Shown: positions 22,638-31,876, counted from the stretch's first letter. The stretch is DNA of 64,000 bases from an uncultured Pseudomonadales bacterium (GCA_905182095.1 CAJJAQ010000025.1:37363-101362), one strand, 5' to 3'. Numbers and translations are program-made. The notes: generated by a model not told the origin, from the sequence alone.

Positions 22638-23446
22638 GATTTAGCTCCAAATTCTATGGCCAATTCTTTGGCTCTATTTTCCGCCGCAGTTAATGCCTCA
22701 ACGACTGTTGCTGGTAGACCTTGCGCCAACATTAAGTTCAAAGCAGCTTCGGTAGTTCCTCCAGGAGAAGTAACGTTTTTACGTAATGTGCCTGGATCTA
22801 CATCATTCTTCTGTGCCATCAGTGCGGCGCCGAGTGCCGTTTGCTCAGTCAGCTTTCTGCTCAACTCAGCATCTAACCCGAGCTTTTGCCCTGCGGCTAT
22901 CATATTTTCCATGAGTAAGAAAAAGTACGCTGGACCACTACCCGAAACCGCAGTTACAGCATCTAAATGGGCCTCTTCGGTTACCCACGCTACTTCTCCA
23001 ACGGCCCCGAGAATGTGTGTGGCCGCGATCTTTTGTTGTTCATTGACCTTGCTGTTTGCAAACAGTCCTGTCATTCCTGCGCCTAACAAGGCCGGGGTAT
23101 TTGGCATACAGCGCACAATAGGCTGATTTTCAGGCAGCCAAATTTCTAGGCTTCTAAGGTCAATGCCGGCGACGATAGATATGATCAGCTGCTGGGGTCG
23201 CAGCCCAGATAAAGCTTCTAGCACTTGGCCAGTTACTTGGGGTTTAACAGCGAGGACTATGACATCAGCCTGTTCAATGGCTTGATCATTATTCGCAGCG
23301 GTTACCACACCCAGGGCAGCTAGTTTTTCAAGCTGTGTTGGCATAGGGTCAGCCGCGGCTATGTCGCTTGGCGAGGTACCACTTTCAAGCAGGCCATTGA
23401 TCAAACTGCCGGCCATATTGCCTGCCCCAATAAAGGCGATACTCAC
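22634..23446 (-). CDS. proC: pyrroline-5-carboxylate reductase
   Basis: Rossmann motif IAFIGAGNMA and the C-terminal P5CR signature VTSPGGTTEAAL. Confidence 0.95.
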   Translation of the reverse strand: MSIAFIGAGNMAGSLINGLLESGTSPSDIAAADPMPTQLEKLAALGVVTAANNDQAIEQADVIVLAVKPQVTGQVLEALSGLRPQQLIISIVAGIDLRSLEIWLPENQPIVRCMPNTPALLGAGMTGLFANSKVNEQQKIAATHILGAVGEVAWVTEEAHLDAVTAVSGSGPAYFFLLMENMIAAGQKLGLDAELSRKLTEQTALGAALMAQKNDVDPGTLRKNVTSPGGTTEAALNLMLAQGLPATVVEALTAAENRAKELAIEFGAKS

Positions 23447-23486
23447 TGTTCATCTCCTAACGCTAAAAAAATACTAATGTTGTAAT

Positions 23487-24173
23487 TTACTCTCGTGGGC
23501 CAAATAAAGCCGTACCTACTCTAATCATTGTCGCGCCAGCCGCTATTGCTTGCTCCAAGTCGCCGGTCATACCCATAGATAAGGTATCCCAACCCGGTGC
23601 GAACTCAGGATGTATAAGGGCTTTCAGGTCACGGTGTAATTGTGCCACGGTTTCGTAGCCGACCCTAGGGTCAGTGTCTTGACTCAATATGGCCATCAAG
23701 CCGCGCAATTTCAGATTAGGCAAATTACTGATCTGTTTAACCAAGTCCACAGACTCCTCTGCAGTGACGCCGCCCTTGTTGGAGTCGCTGTCGATATTTA
23801 CCTGCAGAAGAATGTTTAAGACTTTGTCTGGCGGACATTGGCTGCTCAAGCGTTGGGCAATTTTAAGTCGGTCTACGGTATGCACCCAGTGAAATGACTC
23901 AGCAATAACCTTTGTTTTATTTGACTGAATACTGCCGATGAAGTGCCAGATTAGAGGTTTACTTGCAAGCAGCTCAATCTTTTCGGCGGCTTCCTGTAGA
24001 TAGTTTTCGCCAAAATCGGTCAAGCCCAACTCGTGGGCTTCCACCACGCTTTGCCCAGGCTGAAATTTGGATACGCCAATAAGCTGCACGTCACTGAGTG
24101 CTCGAGCATTGCTAGCACAGGCTGTTTCGATGCGTTCTTGTAGTAGCGCCAAGCGCTGAGTCAAGGTAGTCAT
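23487..24173 (-). CDS. yggS: YggS family pyridoxal-phosphate homeostasis protein
   Basis: LIGVSKFQP (PLP lysine), HFIGSIQSNK, and a single-domain alanine-racemase-N fold of ~228 aa. Confidence 0.93.
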   Translation of the reverse strand: MTTLTQRLALLQERIETACASNARALSDVQLIGVSKFQPGQSVVEAHELGLTDFGENYLQEAAEKIELLASKPLIWHFIGSIQSNKTKVIAESFHWVHTVDRLKIAQRLSSQCPPDKVLNILLQVNIDSDSNKGGVTAEESVDLVKQISNLPNLKLRGLMAILSQDTDPRVGYETVAQLHRDLKALIHPEFAPGWDTLSMGMTGDLEQAIAAGATMIRVGTALFGPRE

Positions 24174-24225
24174 AGTTGGATCATAGTTGGATAATAGTTG
24201 GGCTAAGGTTGGTTTATAGTTTAGC
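24171..24225. repeat. five 11-bp direct repeats in phase (two identical, three degenerate) that include the yggS start codon
   Basis: catagttggat / catagttggat / aatagttgggc / taaggttggtt / tatagtttagc, contiguous from 24171. Confidence 0.8.
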
Positions 24226-24292
24226 CATGGTCTAGATCACAGATAGAGCTCAGATAAATAGTCGATATAGAAGCTGCTCACTGGCAAATTTT

Positions 24293-24368
24293 GCTTACTT
24301 ACTTACTTACTTACTTACTTGCTTACTTGCTTACTTGCTTACTTGCTTACTTGCTTACTTGCTTACTT
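24293..24368. repeat. compound microsatellite: one GCTTACTT, then (ACTT)x5, then (GCTTACTT)x6
   Basis: Read directly. GCTTACTT occupies 24293-24300, the ACTT units 24301-24320, and six perfect GCTTACTT octamers 24321-24368. It is intergenic between the ruvX stop (24453) and the yggS start (24173). Confidence 0.95.
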
Positions 24369-24452
24369 TATTCAGTTCTGGGGGAGTGTCCTTGGACTGT
24401 AAGATTGTGCGGTTTTGCTGTCCCGTTGACGGGGTGTGAACGCTTTCGAATG

Positions 24453-24860
24453 TTAGTTTAGCTCATTGAACCAGCTTTCTAAGATAAGGCAGGCAGATTT
24501 TTCATGAATTTCGCCGCCGCGAACAGTATCCCGGGTCTCTTCATTAGCTGTCCACGAGCTCAAGCGTTCGTCCATCATTTGTACTGCAATACCAGATCGC
24601 CGTTCTATTTCTTGGGCAAACTTTCGCGCTTTGCCAGACATATCTGACTCGCTCGCATCCATGTTGAGAGGCAGGCCTACGACTATTGCTGCGGGTGTGT
24701 ACTCTTCGATGATAGAAGTAATTTCCGCCCACTTAGGTTTGCCATTGCGTGCTTTGATTGTCGTCAGACCACCTGCGGTTTTAGTCACGGTTTGCCCAAC
24801 CGCTAAACCAATAAATTTGAGTCCAAAATCAAAGCCTAATACGTAACCGGTAATTGCCAT
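24453..24860 (-). CDS. ruvX: Holliday-junction-resolvase-like pre-16S rRNA nuclease YqgF/RuvX
   Basis: The N-terminus VLGFDFGLKFIGLAVG has the RNase H-fold acidic residues. It is ~135 aa and follows yqgE. Confidence 0.93.
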   Translation of the reverse strand: MAITGYVLGFDFGLKFIGLAVGQTVTKTAGGLTTIKARNGKPKWAEITSIIEEYTPAAIVVGLPLNMDASESDMSGKARKFAQEIERRSGIAVQMMDERLSSWTANEETRDTVRGGEIHEKSACLILESWFNELN

Positions 24861-24862
24861 AG

Positions 24863-25411
24863 TTAGCCATGGCCTGGTTGTGCAGCGATCAGATTGAAAT
24901 CTATACCCAATACTTGTGCGGCAGCTTGCAGCTTGGCTTCTGCCGGTGTGTCGAAGAGTATTTCGGGTGTTGCCTCAACGGTAAGCCAGCTATTACGGCT
25001 AACTTCACTTTCCAACTGCCCTTCACCCCAGCCAGCATAACCCAATGCAATTAGGAAGTTTTCTGGACCGGCTCCTGCCGCAATGGCGGTCAACGTTTCC
25101 AGAGCCGTAGATAAATGGATGCCGTCCGCTATGGCGACAGATTTGCCGAACTCTTCGCCTCCCTTGTAAAGGACGAAACCGCGATCCTGGGCAACAGGGC
25201 CGCCATCTAAAACTAACTGCTCAACCCAACGGCGCTCTGGTTCCATATTCAGTTTTGCGAGCAACTCCAAAATAGAAACGTCTGTAGGGCGGTTAACGAC
25301 GATGCCCATGGCCCCTTCATCGTTGTGCTCGCAGATATAGGTGAGCGTATTGCCAAAATAGTCCCCGGAAAGGTCTGGCATAGCCATCAAAAAGTGGTTC
25401 TTTAAGTTCAT
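24863..25411 (-). CDS. yqgE: YqgE/AlgH family protein (UPF0301)
   Basis: MNLKNHFLMAMPDLSGDYFGNTLTYICEHNDEGAMGIVVNRP is the conserved family N-terminus. Confidence 0.9.
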   Translation of the reverse strand: MNLKNHFLMAMPDLSGDYFGNTLTYICEHNDEGAMGIVVNRPTDVSILELLAKLNMEPERRWVEQLVLDGGPVAQDRGFVLYKGGEEFGKSVAIADGIHLSTALETLTAIAAGAGPENFLIALGYAGWGEGQLESEVSRNSWLTVEATPEILFDTPAEAKLQAAAQVLGIDFNLIAAQPGHG

Positions 25412-25480
25412 AGTTAACCTGATTGCTCGGCTGTTATGTGAGAGCCCGGCGAGAGCGGCCGCTGGTGTCGAGTATGCGTC

Positions 25481-26302
25481 TTAGAAATCAATGCCAGTTC
25501 CTTGTTTGGAAAATTGCCATGTACGGGTGAAATCTAGGCGATCATAACTTTTGCGCATTTCCACAGTAAATGGTTGAAACGGTGCAGCTTGGCGTACTGT
25601 AGCTAAAGCTGCTGCATCTAATTTTGCTTGACCCGACGAACGCAGAATTTTTACGCCAGCCAGACTGCCGTCGCGCAGAATACTTACCAGCATGGTCAGC
25701 TCACCCTCTAATACGCCCGATGGGTAATTATTCCGACCAATGCGTTCACATTTACGTCGCCACGTATTCAGGTAGGCCGTTTCTGGCGCGGTAAACTTAC
25801 TCAGGCTGTTGAGTTCTCTCGTGCGGTTCAGACCCTGAGTGGTAGAGCGCTGCGAATCCATATTCGTTTGAAACTTCGAAAAAGCTTTAACAAAGTTTCT
25901 GGTCTTTGCTGGTGGCGTGCGCTTTTTTTCTGTAGCGATGTTCGCCTGTTCTAGCACAGCCGGTTTTTCTGTGCGCTGTTTAATAGCGCCTTCAGTCAGT
26001 GTCTGCTCAGCGCTTAAGGTTGGTGCGCTGTCGCTATTTGACTCTAAGTTTTTGCTCAGCGCTGATGTAACTTCATTGAGTTTGCTTGATGAGTCTCCGG
26101 ACAGCCCCAGCTTTAGTGTCACGTGGGATGGTTGTTGACTGGTTTCGAGTTGGGAAACCCCCACACCAAACAGCAAGATGCCATGAACCAGTAGCGCTAA
26201 GAAAACGCTAAACCCCATACGCCCTTCGCCCCTACCTTCTCTTAACACAAAGCTGTGTTGGTTTTTTCCAGCGTTAGCGATCTGCGCCATGACTTCAGTC
26301 AA
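25481..26302 (-). CDS. tonB: TonB-family energy transducer (TonB3-like by position)
   Basis: An N-terminal TM anchor (FSVFLALLVHGILLFGVGV), a low-complexity linker and a TonB C-terminal domain (YPSGVLEGELTMLVSILRDGSLAGVKILRSSG...AAALATVRQAAPFQPF). Its position between gshB and yqgE matches P. aeruginosa tonB3. Confidence 0.72.
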   Translation of the reverse strand: MTEVMAQIANAGKNQHSFVLREGRGEGRMGFSVFLALLVHGILLFGVGVSQLETSQQPSHVTLKLGLSGDSSSKLNEVTSALSKNLESNSDSAPTLSAEQTLTEGAIKQRTEKPAVLEQANIATEKKRTPPAKTRNFVKAFSKFQTNMDSQRSTTQGLNRTRELNSLSKFTAPETAYLNTWRRKCERIGRNNYPSGVLEGELTMLVSILRDGSLAGVKILRSSGQAKLDAAALATVRQAAPFQPFTVEMRKSYDRLDFTRTWQFSKQGTGIDF

Positions 26303-27269
26303 GTTGCGCGACTACTGCATCAATGAGATCGCCAGCAATGTCGAGGTCGTATTGCTCATCGAGTTCTCTGATACAGGTTGGGCAAGTGACATTAATCTCA
26401 GTCAAGTAGTCACCGATAACGTCGATGCCAACAAACATTAAACCTCGGCGTTTTAGTTCTGGGCCAACTTGTTCTGCGATCCATTTGTCTCGTGCCGTCA
26501 GGGGTCTGGCTTCGCCACGACCGCCAGCAGCAAGGTTGCCCCGTGATTCACCAGCAGATGGAATGCGCGCTAAGGCATAAGGGACGGCCTCGCCGTTGAT
26601 CAGTAGGATGCGCTTATCTCCATCGACTATTTCTGGTAGAAACACCTGCCCCATAATTTGCTGTGCCCCGTTTTCGGTAAGGGTTTCGATGACCACTGTC
26701 AAATTAGGGTCATTCTCCATAACGCGAAAAATTGAAGCACCACCCATGCCATCGAGTTTTTTGAACACCACATTTTTGTGCTTTTTGTGAAAGGCCTTCA
26801 ATACATCCATTCTTCGACTGACGACTAAATCTGGGCAGCACTGGGGAAATGTCGTGGCGAATAACTTTTCGTTACAGTCCCTAAGAGAGCCAGGTTTATT
26901 GACCACGAATGCACCGTCGATCTCCGCGCGTTCAAGTAAATAGGTGGTATAAATATATTCCATATCAAAGGGCGGATCCTTGCGCATCATAATGATGTCC
27001 ATGTCCGCTAGTGGCCGCAATGTTTCTTCGCCAAGGCTATACCAATCATTGCCTGCGATTGCTGGGTCTAAGGTTTGTGCAAAATCTTCGCGTAGTTTTA
27101 GGTTCGATATTAGGCCGCAAACTTTGCCTTCATGAATTACCAGATCTTCTTGCCGAAGGTAGTAGACGTCTAGGTTTCGATGTTGGGCTGAACGGATCAT
27201 GGCCAAGGTGGAGTCTTTCTTTAACGATAAAGAATCTATTGGATCCATTAGAAAAGCGATTTTTTTCAT
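26295..27269 (-). CDS. gshB: glutathione synthetase
   Basis: MKKIAFLMDPIDSLSLKKDST resembles the E. coli GshB N-terminus, followed by an ATP-grasp C-terminal half. The track start at 27287 is TTG, and I prefer the ATG at 27269. Confidence 0.94.
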   Translation of the reverse strand: MKKIAFLMDPIDSLSLKKDSTLAMIRSAQHRNLDVYYLRQEDLVIHEGKVCGLISNLKLREDFAQTLDPAIAGNDWYSLGEETLRPLADMDIIMMRKDPPFDMEYIYTTYLLERAEIDGAFVVNKPGSLRDCNEKLFATTFPQCCPDLVVSRRMDVLKAFHKKHKNVVFKKLDGMGGASIFRVMENDPNLTVVIETLTENGAQQIMGQVFLPEIVDGDKRILLINGEAVPYALARIPSAGESRGNLAAGGRGEARPLTARDKWIAEQVGPELKRRGLMFVGIDVIGDYLTEINVTCPTCIRELDEQYDLDIAGDLIDAVVAQLD

Positions 27270-27566
27270 GATGTATGGCCGTAACAAGTAAATTGGGCGC
27301 CTAATCTAACTATTGGAAGTTGATAAAGGTACATTGCTAGCAGTACTTTACGCACCTTGAACTTGGTGTCTATCTTTGGGGTCTTTTTTGCGGATGCCAA
27401 TCTACGGTAATTGGCCCAAATCTAGGTACTATGTCGTCAGGCCGCAGCACGTTGCCGGTATTTGGCAGTATTTATGACTAAGCGCAAATTAATCGGGCCA
27501 AATCAGATAGATCAAGTCGGCAGGCCAACCATTTAACGAACCACATAGACCCATGGGCATAAACTT

Positions 27567-28709
27567 TTGACATTAACTAAGCACAATTTGCTCACCCCTC
27601 AGCAGCGCCAGGCCGCGTTAGGTAAAGTCAGGCGATCTTTTGAGCGAGGGCTGTTGGCGTTAATTGTTGATGAAGATCGACAAAGAGGGTTGGTTACCCT
27701 GCAACATGTGGCGCGAGGGTTAATGGAATTGCAGCCGTCGTCTCAGGCTTCTTTAGATGATGTGGTGCGATGGCTTAATGCGATTCGACACGATCAGCTA
27801 CAGATGACTGAAGACACGTTCACCATTTTACGTGGACTGGGGCAGATAATTCGCTCATGGGAATTGGTAATAATTGATGGTGAATCTGAATTTTCACCAG
27901 ATACTGAATTTCGAGAGCTTGCGGCTGGCGCTCGGGGAAGGCTGCAGCAAGTCAGTCCTTCCAGCGGTGAAGTTGTTGATTCTGCCGATACCGAGACTGG
28001 AGATGCTCTCCTACGATCCTTGGATCAGTCTCTAAGTTCAATGCAGATACTGCTGCAAGAGTGGCTAACCAACCTTGAAGATCCGGCGAAAATTGCTGCT
28101 GTTGGCCAAGGTTTTAGGGCCCTTCGAGAACTCAGTTATGGTGAAAGGTTAGCCGATGTTGCTGAAGTGGCTTGGGCCATTGAAAATATGCTTGATCGCT
28201 TAGTAGACGAGACACTAGTTGTTAGTGGTGACTTCCACGTAGTCTCTATGGCGGCGATAGATTTCCTCCTCACCCTGAGTAGTAAGCTGAGTCAGATCTC
28301 GGCTGCTGAGGGAATTTCGAGTTTTATAGACGACTATATCTATGCTGAGATTATTGAGAGCGCGGATATACTGGCTTCAGGCGGCGAACTTGGCGCTAAA
28401 AGTCAGGAGTTTGAAGAGGACTTTCCCAGTGATCCTAGTCTCGACCAAAGGTTAGATTCGTTAACAAAAGATGAATCGAATTTAGCAATACAAAACGCTA
28501 GCGCAAGTGGTCTAACGCTTTCTCTAGAGCAAACTATGGAAGTATTTCAGGCCGCAAACCGATCCTTAGATGTAGCGTTGGTGAAATTTGAGACCTCATT
28601 AGCAAGTGAGGCGGGAATGCAGTTGAGCAAACTGTTGCGCGAACAACTGACCAGTAGCCAAAGTGTTTCTGACAAGTTACGAGCACTGGTTGCAATACAA
28701 GAACAGTAG
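27567..28709 (+). CDS. hypothetical protein resembling the N-terminal Hpt-like region of ChpA/FimL, with the phospho-acceptor His not conserved
   Basis: The segment FRALRELSYGERLADVAEVAWAIENMLDRLVDETL aligns by eye to the ChpA/FimL Hpt pattern F-R-A-x-H-T-L-K-G-S...E-x-A-W-x-I-E-N-x-L-x-R, with Arg in place of His. The N-terminal LQHVARGLMELQ resembles the degenerate first Hpt-like module. The central and C-terminal regions are acidic and low in complexity. The start is TTG and uncertain. Confidence 0.45.
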   Translation: MTLTKHNLLTPQQRQAALGKVRRSFERGLLALIVDEDRQRGLVTLQHVARGLMELQPSSQASLDDVVRWLNAIRHDQLQMTEDTFTILRGLGQIIRSWELVIIDGESEFSPDTEFRELAAGARGRLQQVSPSSGEVVDSADTETGDALLRSLDQSLSSMQILLQEWLTNLEDPAKIAAVGQGFRALRELSYGERLADVAEVAWAIENMLDRLVDETLVVSGDFHVVSMAAIDFLLTLSSKLSQISAAEGISSFIDDYIYAEIIESADILASGGELGAKSQEFEEDFPSDPSLDQRLDSLTKDESNLAIQNASASGLTLSLEQTMEVFQAANRSLDVALVKFETSLASEAGMQLSKLLREQLTSSQSVSDKLRALVAIQEQ

Positions 28710-28728
28710 CCTGATGAGGTTTTTCTCT

Positions 28729-29448
28729 CTATTGCCACCCTTGGGCTTGCTGGATTAAACCCAATACCACAGCTGGCATTGTTTCTGCCCGCAAAATAGT
28801 TGCACCCAACTTATAGGCAGGTATTTGATTTTGTTGAAAAAGTTCTAGTTCGCTATCGCTCCAGCCGCCTTCGGGGCCAATAAATGCGGTGCGATTTGCA
28901 GCGGGCATATGGGTCGGAAAAGACGCTCCCGAAGGGCTGAAAACCATGCCGTTGTCCATTTGGCTAATGGCCTCGTCCAAGGTCAGTGGACCTATAAGTT
29001 TGGGTAAATAAAGTTGCCCACACTGTTCACAGCTGGCACTGATGATTCTTTCCCAATGATTTCTTTTGTTTTCTAGTCTATCTGCTTTGAGAGGCACGTT
29101 GCTGCGTTCGGCTTGGATCAATAGAATTTTGCTGACGCCAAGTTCTGTGGCCTGTTGCAGTGCACGATCCATGGCCGAGCCCTTGATTAATCCTATGGCG
29201 ATGCTCAGCGAATATGCCCGGTTATCCGCAGGGTGCTCTTCCGCAGTAATCTCTACTTCTGTGGCTCTGGCATTGGCTTGGCGTATTGTCGCTGTAAACA
29301 ACTTGCCGCTGCCATCAAAAATATTGATCTCATCGCCAATATTTAGTCGAAGAGCTCGGCAAAGATAGTTGGATCGCTCTGGGTTGAGCACAATTTTAGT
29401 GCCTAGTAGATGGGGTCCTTGAAGATAAAATAGGTTAAATCTAGGCAA
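28729..29448 (-). CDS. rsmE: 16S rRNA (uracil1498-N3)-methyltransferase
   Basis: The PRFNLFY N-terminus corresponds to the family's MRIPRFY, followed by PUA-like and SPOUT domains (GPEGGWSDSE). I trimmed the start to TTG at 29448, 10 nt downstream of the metF stop. The longer track ORF would overlap metF by 100 nt. Confidence 0.85.
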   Translation of the reverse strand: MPRFNLFYLQGPHLLGTKIVLNPERSNYLCRALRLNIGDEINIFDGSGKLFTATIRQANARATEVEITAEEHPADNRAYSLSIAIGLIKGSAMDRALQQATELGVSKILLIQAERSNVPLKADRLENKRNHWERIISASCEQCGQLYLPKLIGPLTLDEAISQMDNGMVFSPSGASFPTHMPAANRTAFIGPEGGWSDSELELFQQNQIPAYKLGATILRAETMPAVVLGLIQQAQGWQ

Positions 29449-29458
29449 TATCGGAGCC

Positions 29459-30313
29459 TCAATTAAAGTTGAGGTTCGCACAGATTTTTGAACTGGCCCC
29501 CCACCTGTTAAGCGTATAAAAATGTAGGCCTGGTGCGCCAAGCTCAAATAGGCGTTCACATAATCGTGTGACTACCTCAACACCAAATTTAGTCAGATCC
29601 GCTTCATCATGCTGTTTGTCTTGCATTGCATGATCGAGCCAGCGCGGGATATCAGCACCTGCTTTGCCGCTAAAACGTATCAACGATGCATAGTTAGTAA
29701 TGGGCATAATTCCCGGAATTATAGGAATCTCAATATTGTGTTTCTGGCAACCCTCCAAAAAATAAGCGTAGGCCTCTGCGTTGTAGAAATATTGGGTAAT
29801 TGCTGAGTTGGCTCCAGCGTCCACTTTTTCCTTAAAGAATTTGAATTCAGCGGCTGCAGATGGCGAATCCGGGTGGATTTCAGGGTACGCGCCAACAATG
29901 ATATTGAACTGATCTTGAAATTGATGTTTTACAAGGTTGATCAAATCTTTTGCGTAAGTAGGCTGTTGGCCGTGTCCGGACAGTTGGTCGCCACGCAGAC
30001 AAAGTAACTGTTTGACGCCTTGGGCTTGGTATTCTTGGAGCATTGCCAAGATGTCTTCATCGCTGGTGGTGCCGGAGGAAAGGTGGGGTACTGCATCCAG
30101 TTTTTGCCCAAGTAATCTTTGGACTATTTGTTTCGTACCTTCTTTAGTAGAGCCGCCGGCGCCGTAAGTCACTGAAACAAAATCTGGCTTTAAAGCGGCT
30201 AGTTTGTTGGCTGCACCTGCAAGAAGCTTGTCTTGGCCCTCAATGTCTCGAGGTGGGAAAAATTCGAAGCTAAGAGATTTGTTTTTAGTTTCTTGGTTAG
30301 TCCGGTGGGGCAT
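29459..30313 (-). CDS. metF: 5,10-methylenetetrahydrofolate reductase
   Basis: SFEFFPPR..., FVSVTYGAGGST and a MetF-like body of 284 aa. Confidence 0.95.
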   Translation of the reverse strand: MPHRTNQETKNKSLSFEFFPPRDIEGQDKLLAGAANKLAALKPDFVSVTYGAGGSTKEGTKQIVQRLLGQKLDAVPHLSSGTTSDEDILAMLQEYQAQGVKQLLCLRGDQLSGHGQQPTYAKDLINLVKHQFQDQFNIIVGAYPEIHPDSPSAAAEFKFFKEKVDAGANSAITQYFYNAEAYAYFLEGCQKHNIEIPIIPGIMPITNYASLIRFSGKAGADIPRWLDHAMQDKQHDEADLTKFGVEVVTRLCERLFELGAPGLHFYTLNRWGASSKICANLNFN

Positions 30314-30447
30314 GAAAATTCTCGCTAAAGCTCGGCAAATTGAGCTGTCTTTAATAGTAAAAGGTAAATTCGCGCTACCTTATAATGCCCCGATTAAAGG
30401 TGACTCCAAGCAAATCCGTAATCGGGCTTACCTAGAGTGTACTTAAT

Positions 30448-30488
30448 GACTGACAACGCTCTCAGTTACCTCTGAGCAATTGTCAGTC
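30448..30488 (-). terminator. long nested hairpin just downstream of metK (possible terminator, no U-tract)
   Basis: GACTGACAA (30448-30456) pairs with TTGTCAGTC (30480-30488). An inner pair is CTCAG (30461-30465) with CTGAG (30472-30476). The hairpin begins 17 nt after the metK stop. Confidence 0.4.
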
Positions 30489-30504
30489 GTCTAGTTTTTG
30501 CGAT

Positions 30505-31662
30505 TTAACTGGCGGCAGCTGCTAAAGCCTCAGCCTTATCAGTTCTTTCCCAGCTAAAGTCGCAATCGGTTCTACCAAAGTGACCGTATGCAGCTGTGTC
30601 TAGGTAGATTGGGCGTTTAAGGTCTAGCATCGCGATAAGGCCTTTAGGGCGCAAATCAAAGTGCTCACGCACAAGTTGAATGATCCGTTCATCACTGATG
30701 GTTGCTGTACCGAATGTGTCGATGCTGATAGATGTTGGTTCTGCTACACCAATGGCATAACTGACTTGAATCTCACAGCGCTTGGCTAGCCCAGCGGCGA
30801 CAATGTTTTTTGCGACATATCTACCGGCGTAGGCTGCTGAGCGGTCAACTTTAGAGGGATCCTTCCCCGAAAAAGCGCCGCCGCCATGGCGGGCCATACC
30901 ACCGTAGGTATCGACAATGATTTTTCGTCCAGTAAGCCCGCAATCTCCCACAGGACCTCCAATAATAAACTGGCCGGTTGGATTAATGTGAAATTTGGTT
31001 TCACTAGAAATCCAGTTCTGTGGCAGTACCGGCTTCACAATTTCTTCCATGACGGCTTCGCGTAATTGCTCTTGAGTGACGTCTGGGTCATGTTGAGTTG
31101 ACAGTACAACCGCTTCAATGGCGACAGGGCGGCCATTGCTATCGTAGCTGAAGGTAAGTTGGCTCTTTGCGTCAGGTCTGAGAAAACCAAGTGAACTGCG
31201 GCGGGCTTCTGCTTGGCGCTGTACTAATCTATGTGCAAATACGATAGGCGCAGGCATTAAGACGTCTGTTTCATCGGACGCATAGCCGAACATCAGACCT
31301 TGGTCGCCTGCGCCCTGCTCGCGGTCTGCAGTTTCGTCGACACCCATTGATATATCGGGAGATTGTTGGCCCAGGGCGTTTACAACAGAGCACGACGAAG
31401 GGTCAAAGCCGATTTCAGGCCCGTTGTAACCTATGTCACCTACGACTTTGCGGACCAAACTGTCGACATCTACTTTTGCGTTACTGCGGATTTCGCCCGC
31501 GACAACAACCAGCCCGGTTTTGATTAAGGTTTCACAGGCGACCCGAGATTCAGGGTCTTGGGCGAGCATGGCATCTAGTATTGCGTCAGAAATTTGATCG
31601 GCGACTTTATCTGGGTGGCCTTCGGAAACAGACTCCGAGGTGAACAGGTGTTTATCGGTCAT
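30505..31662 (-). CDS. metK: S-adenosylmethionine synthetase
   Basis: [37 protein letters not shown] and [16 protein letters not shown] signatures. Confidence 0.98.
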   Translation of the reverse strand: MTDKHLFTSESVSEGHPDKVADQISDAILDAMLAQDPESRVACETLIKTGLVVVAGEIRSNAKVDVDSLVRKVVGDIGYNGPEIGFDPSSCSVVNALGQQSPDISMGVDETADREQGAGDQGLMFGYASDETDVLMPAPIVFAHRLVQRQAEARRSSLGFLRPDAKSQLTFSYDSNGRPVAIEAVVLSTQHDPDVTQEQLREAVMEEIVKPVLPQNWISSETKFHINPTGQFIIGGPVGDCGLTGRKIIVDTYGGMARHGGGAFSGKDPSKVDRSAAYAGRYVAKNIVAAGLAKRCEIQVSYAIGVAEPTSISIDTFGTATISDERIIQLVREHFDLRPKGLIAMLDLKRPIYLDTAAYGHFGRTDCDFSWERTDKAEALAAAAS

Positions 31663-31876
31663 GCTTAACTGCCTATATTACGGATCGTTTTAGATCTTTT
31701 TACTGGAATCAATATGCGGCGCCAGTCTTTGGCGCGCCAAATGAATTTAAGCCGCCAAGTCTAATCGACAACTCAAAGTGATGAAATGAACTATTTGGCA
31801 TTTTTATATATTCATTGTTTGCAGCGAGGCGAGCAAAACTTGACAATAGCGCACCGCAAAAACCCAGAGCCTAAAT

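Noticed and set aside
30314-30447. An SAH riboswitch upstream of metF, and a SAM-II-like GAUUUGCUUGG string.
   Set aside because: The SAH-riboswitch cores (GAGGAGCGCUGC, AGGCUC, AACGGCGCUC) are absent. The SAM-II-like string lacks the required downstream AAAGCU pseudoknot partner at a sensible distance. I kept it only as a low-interest item to scan formally.
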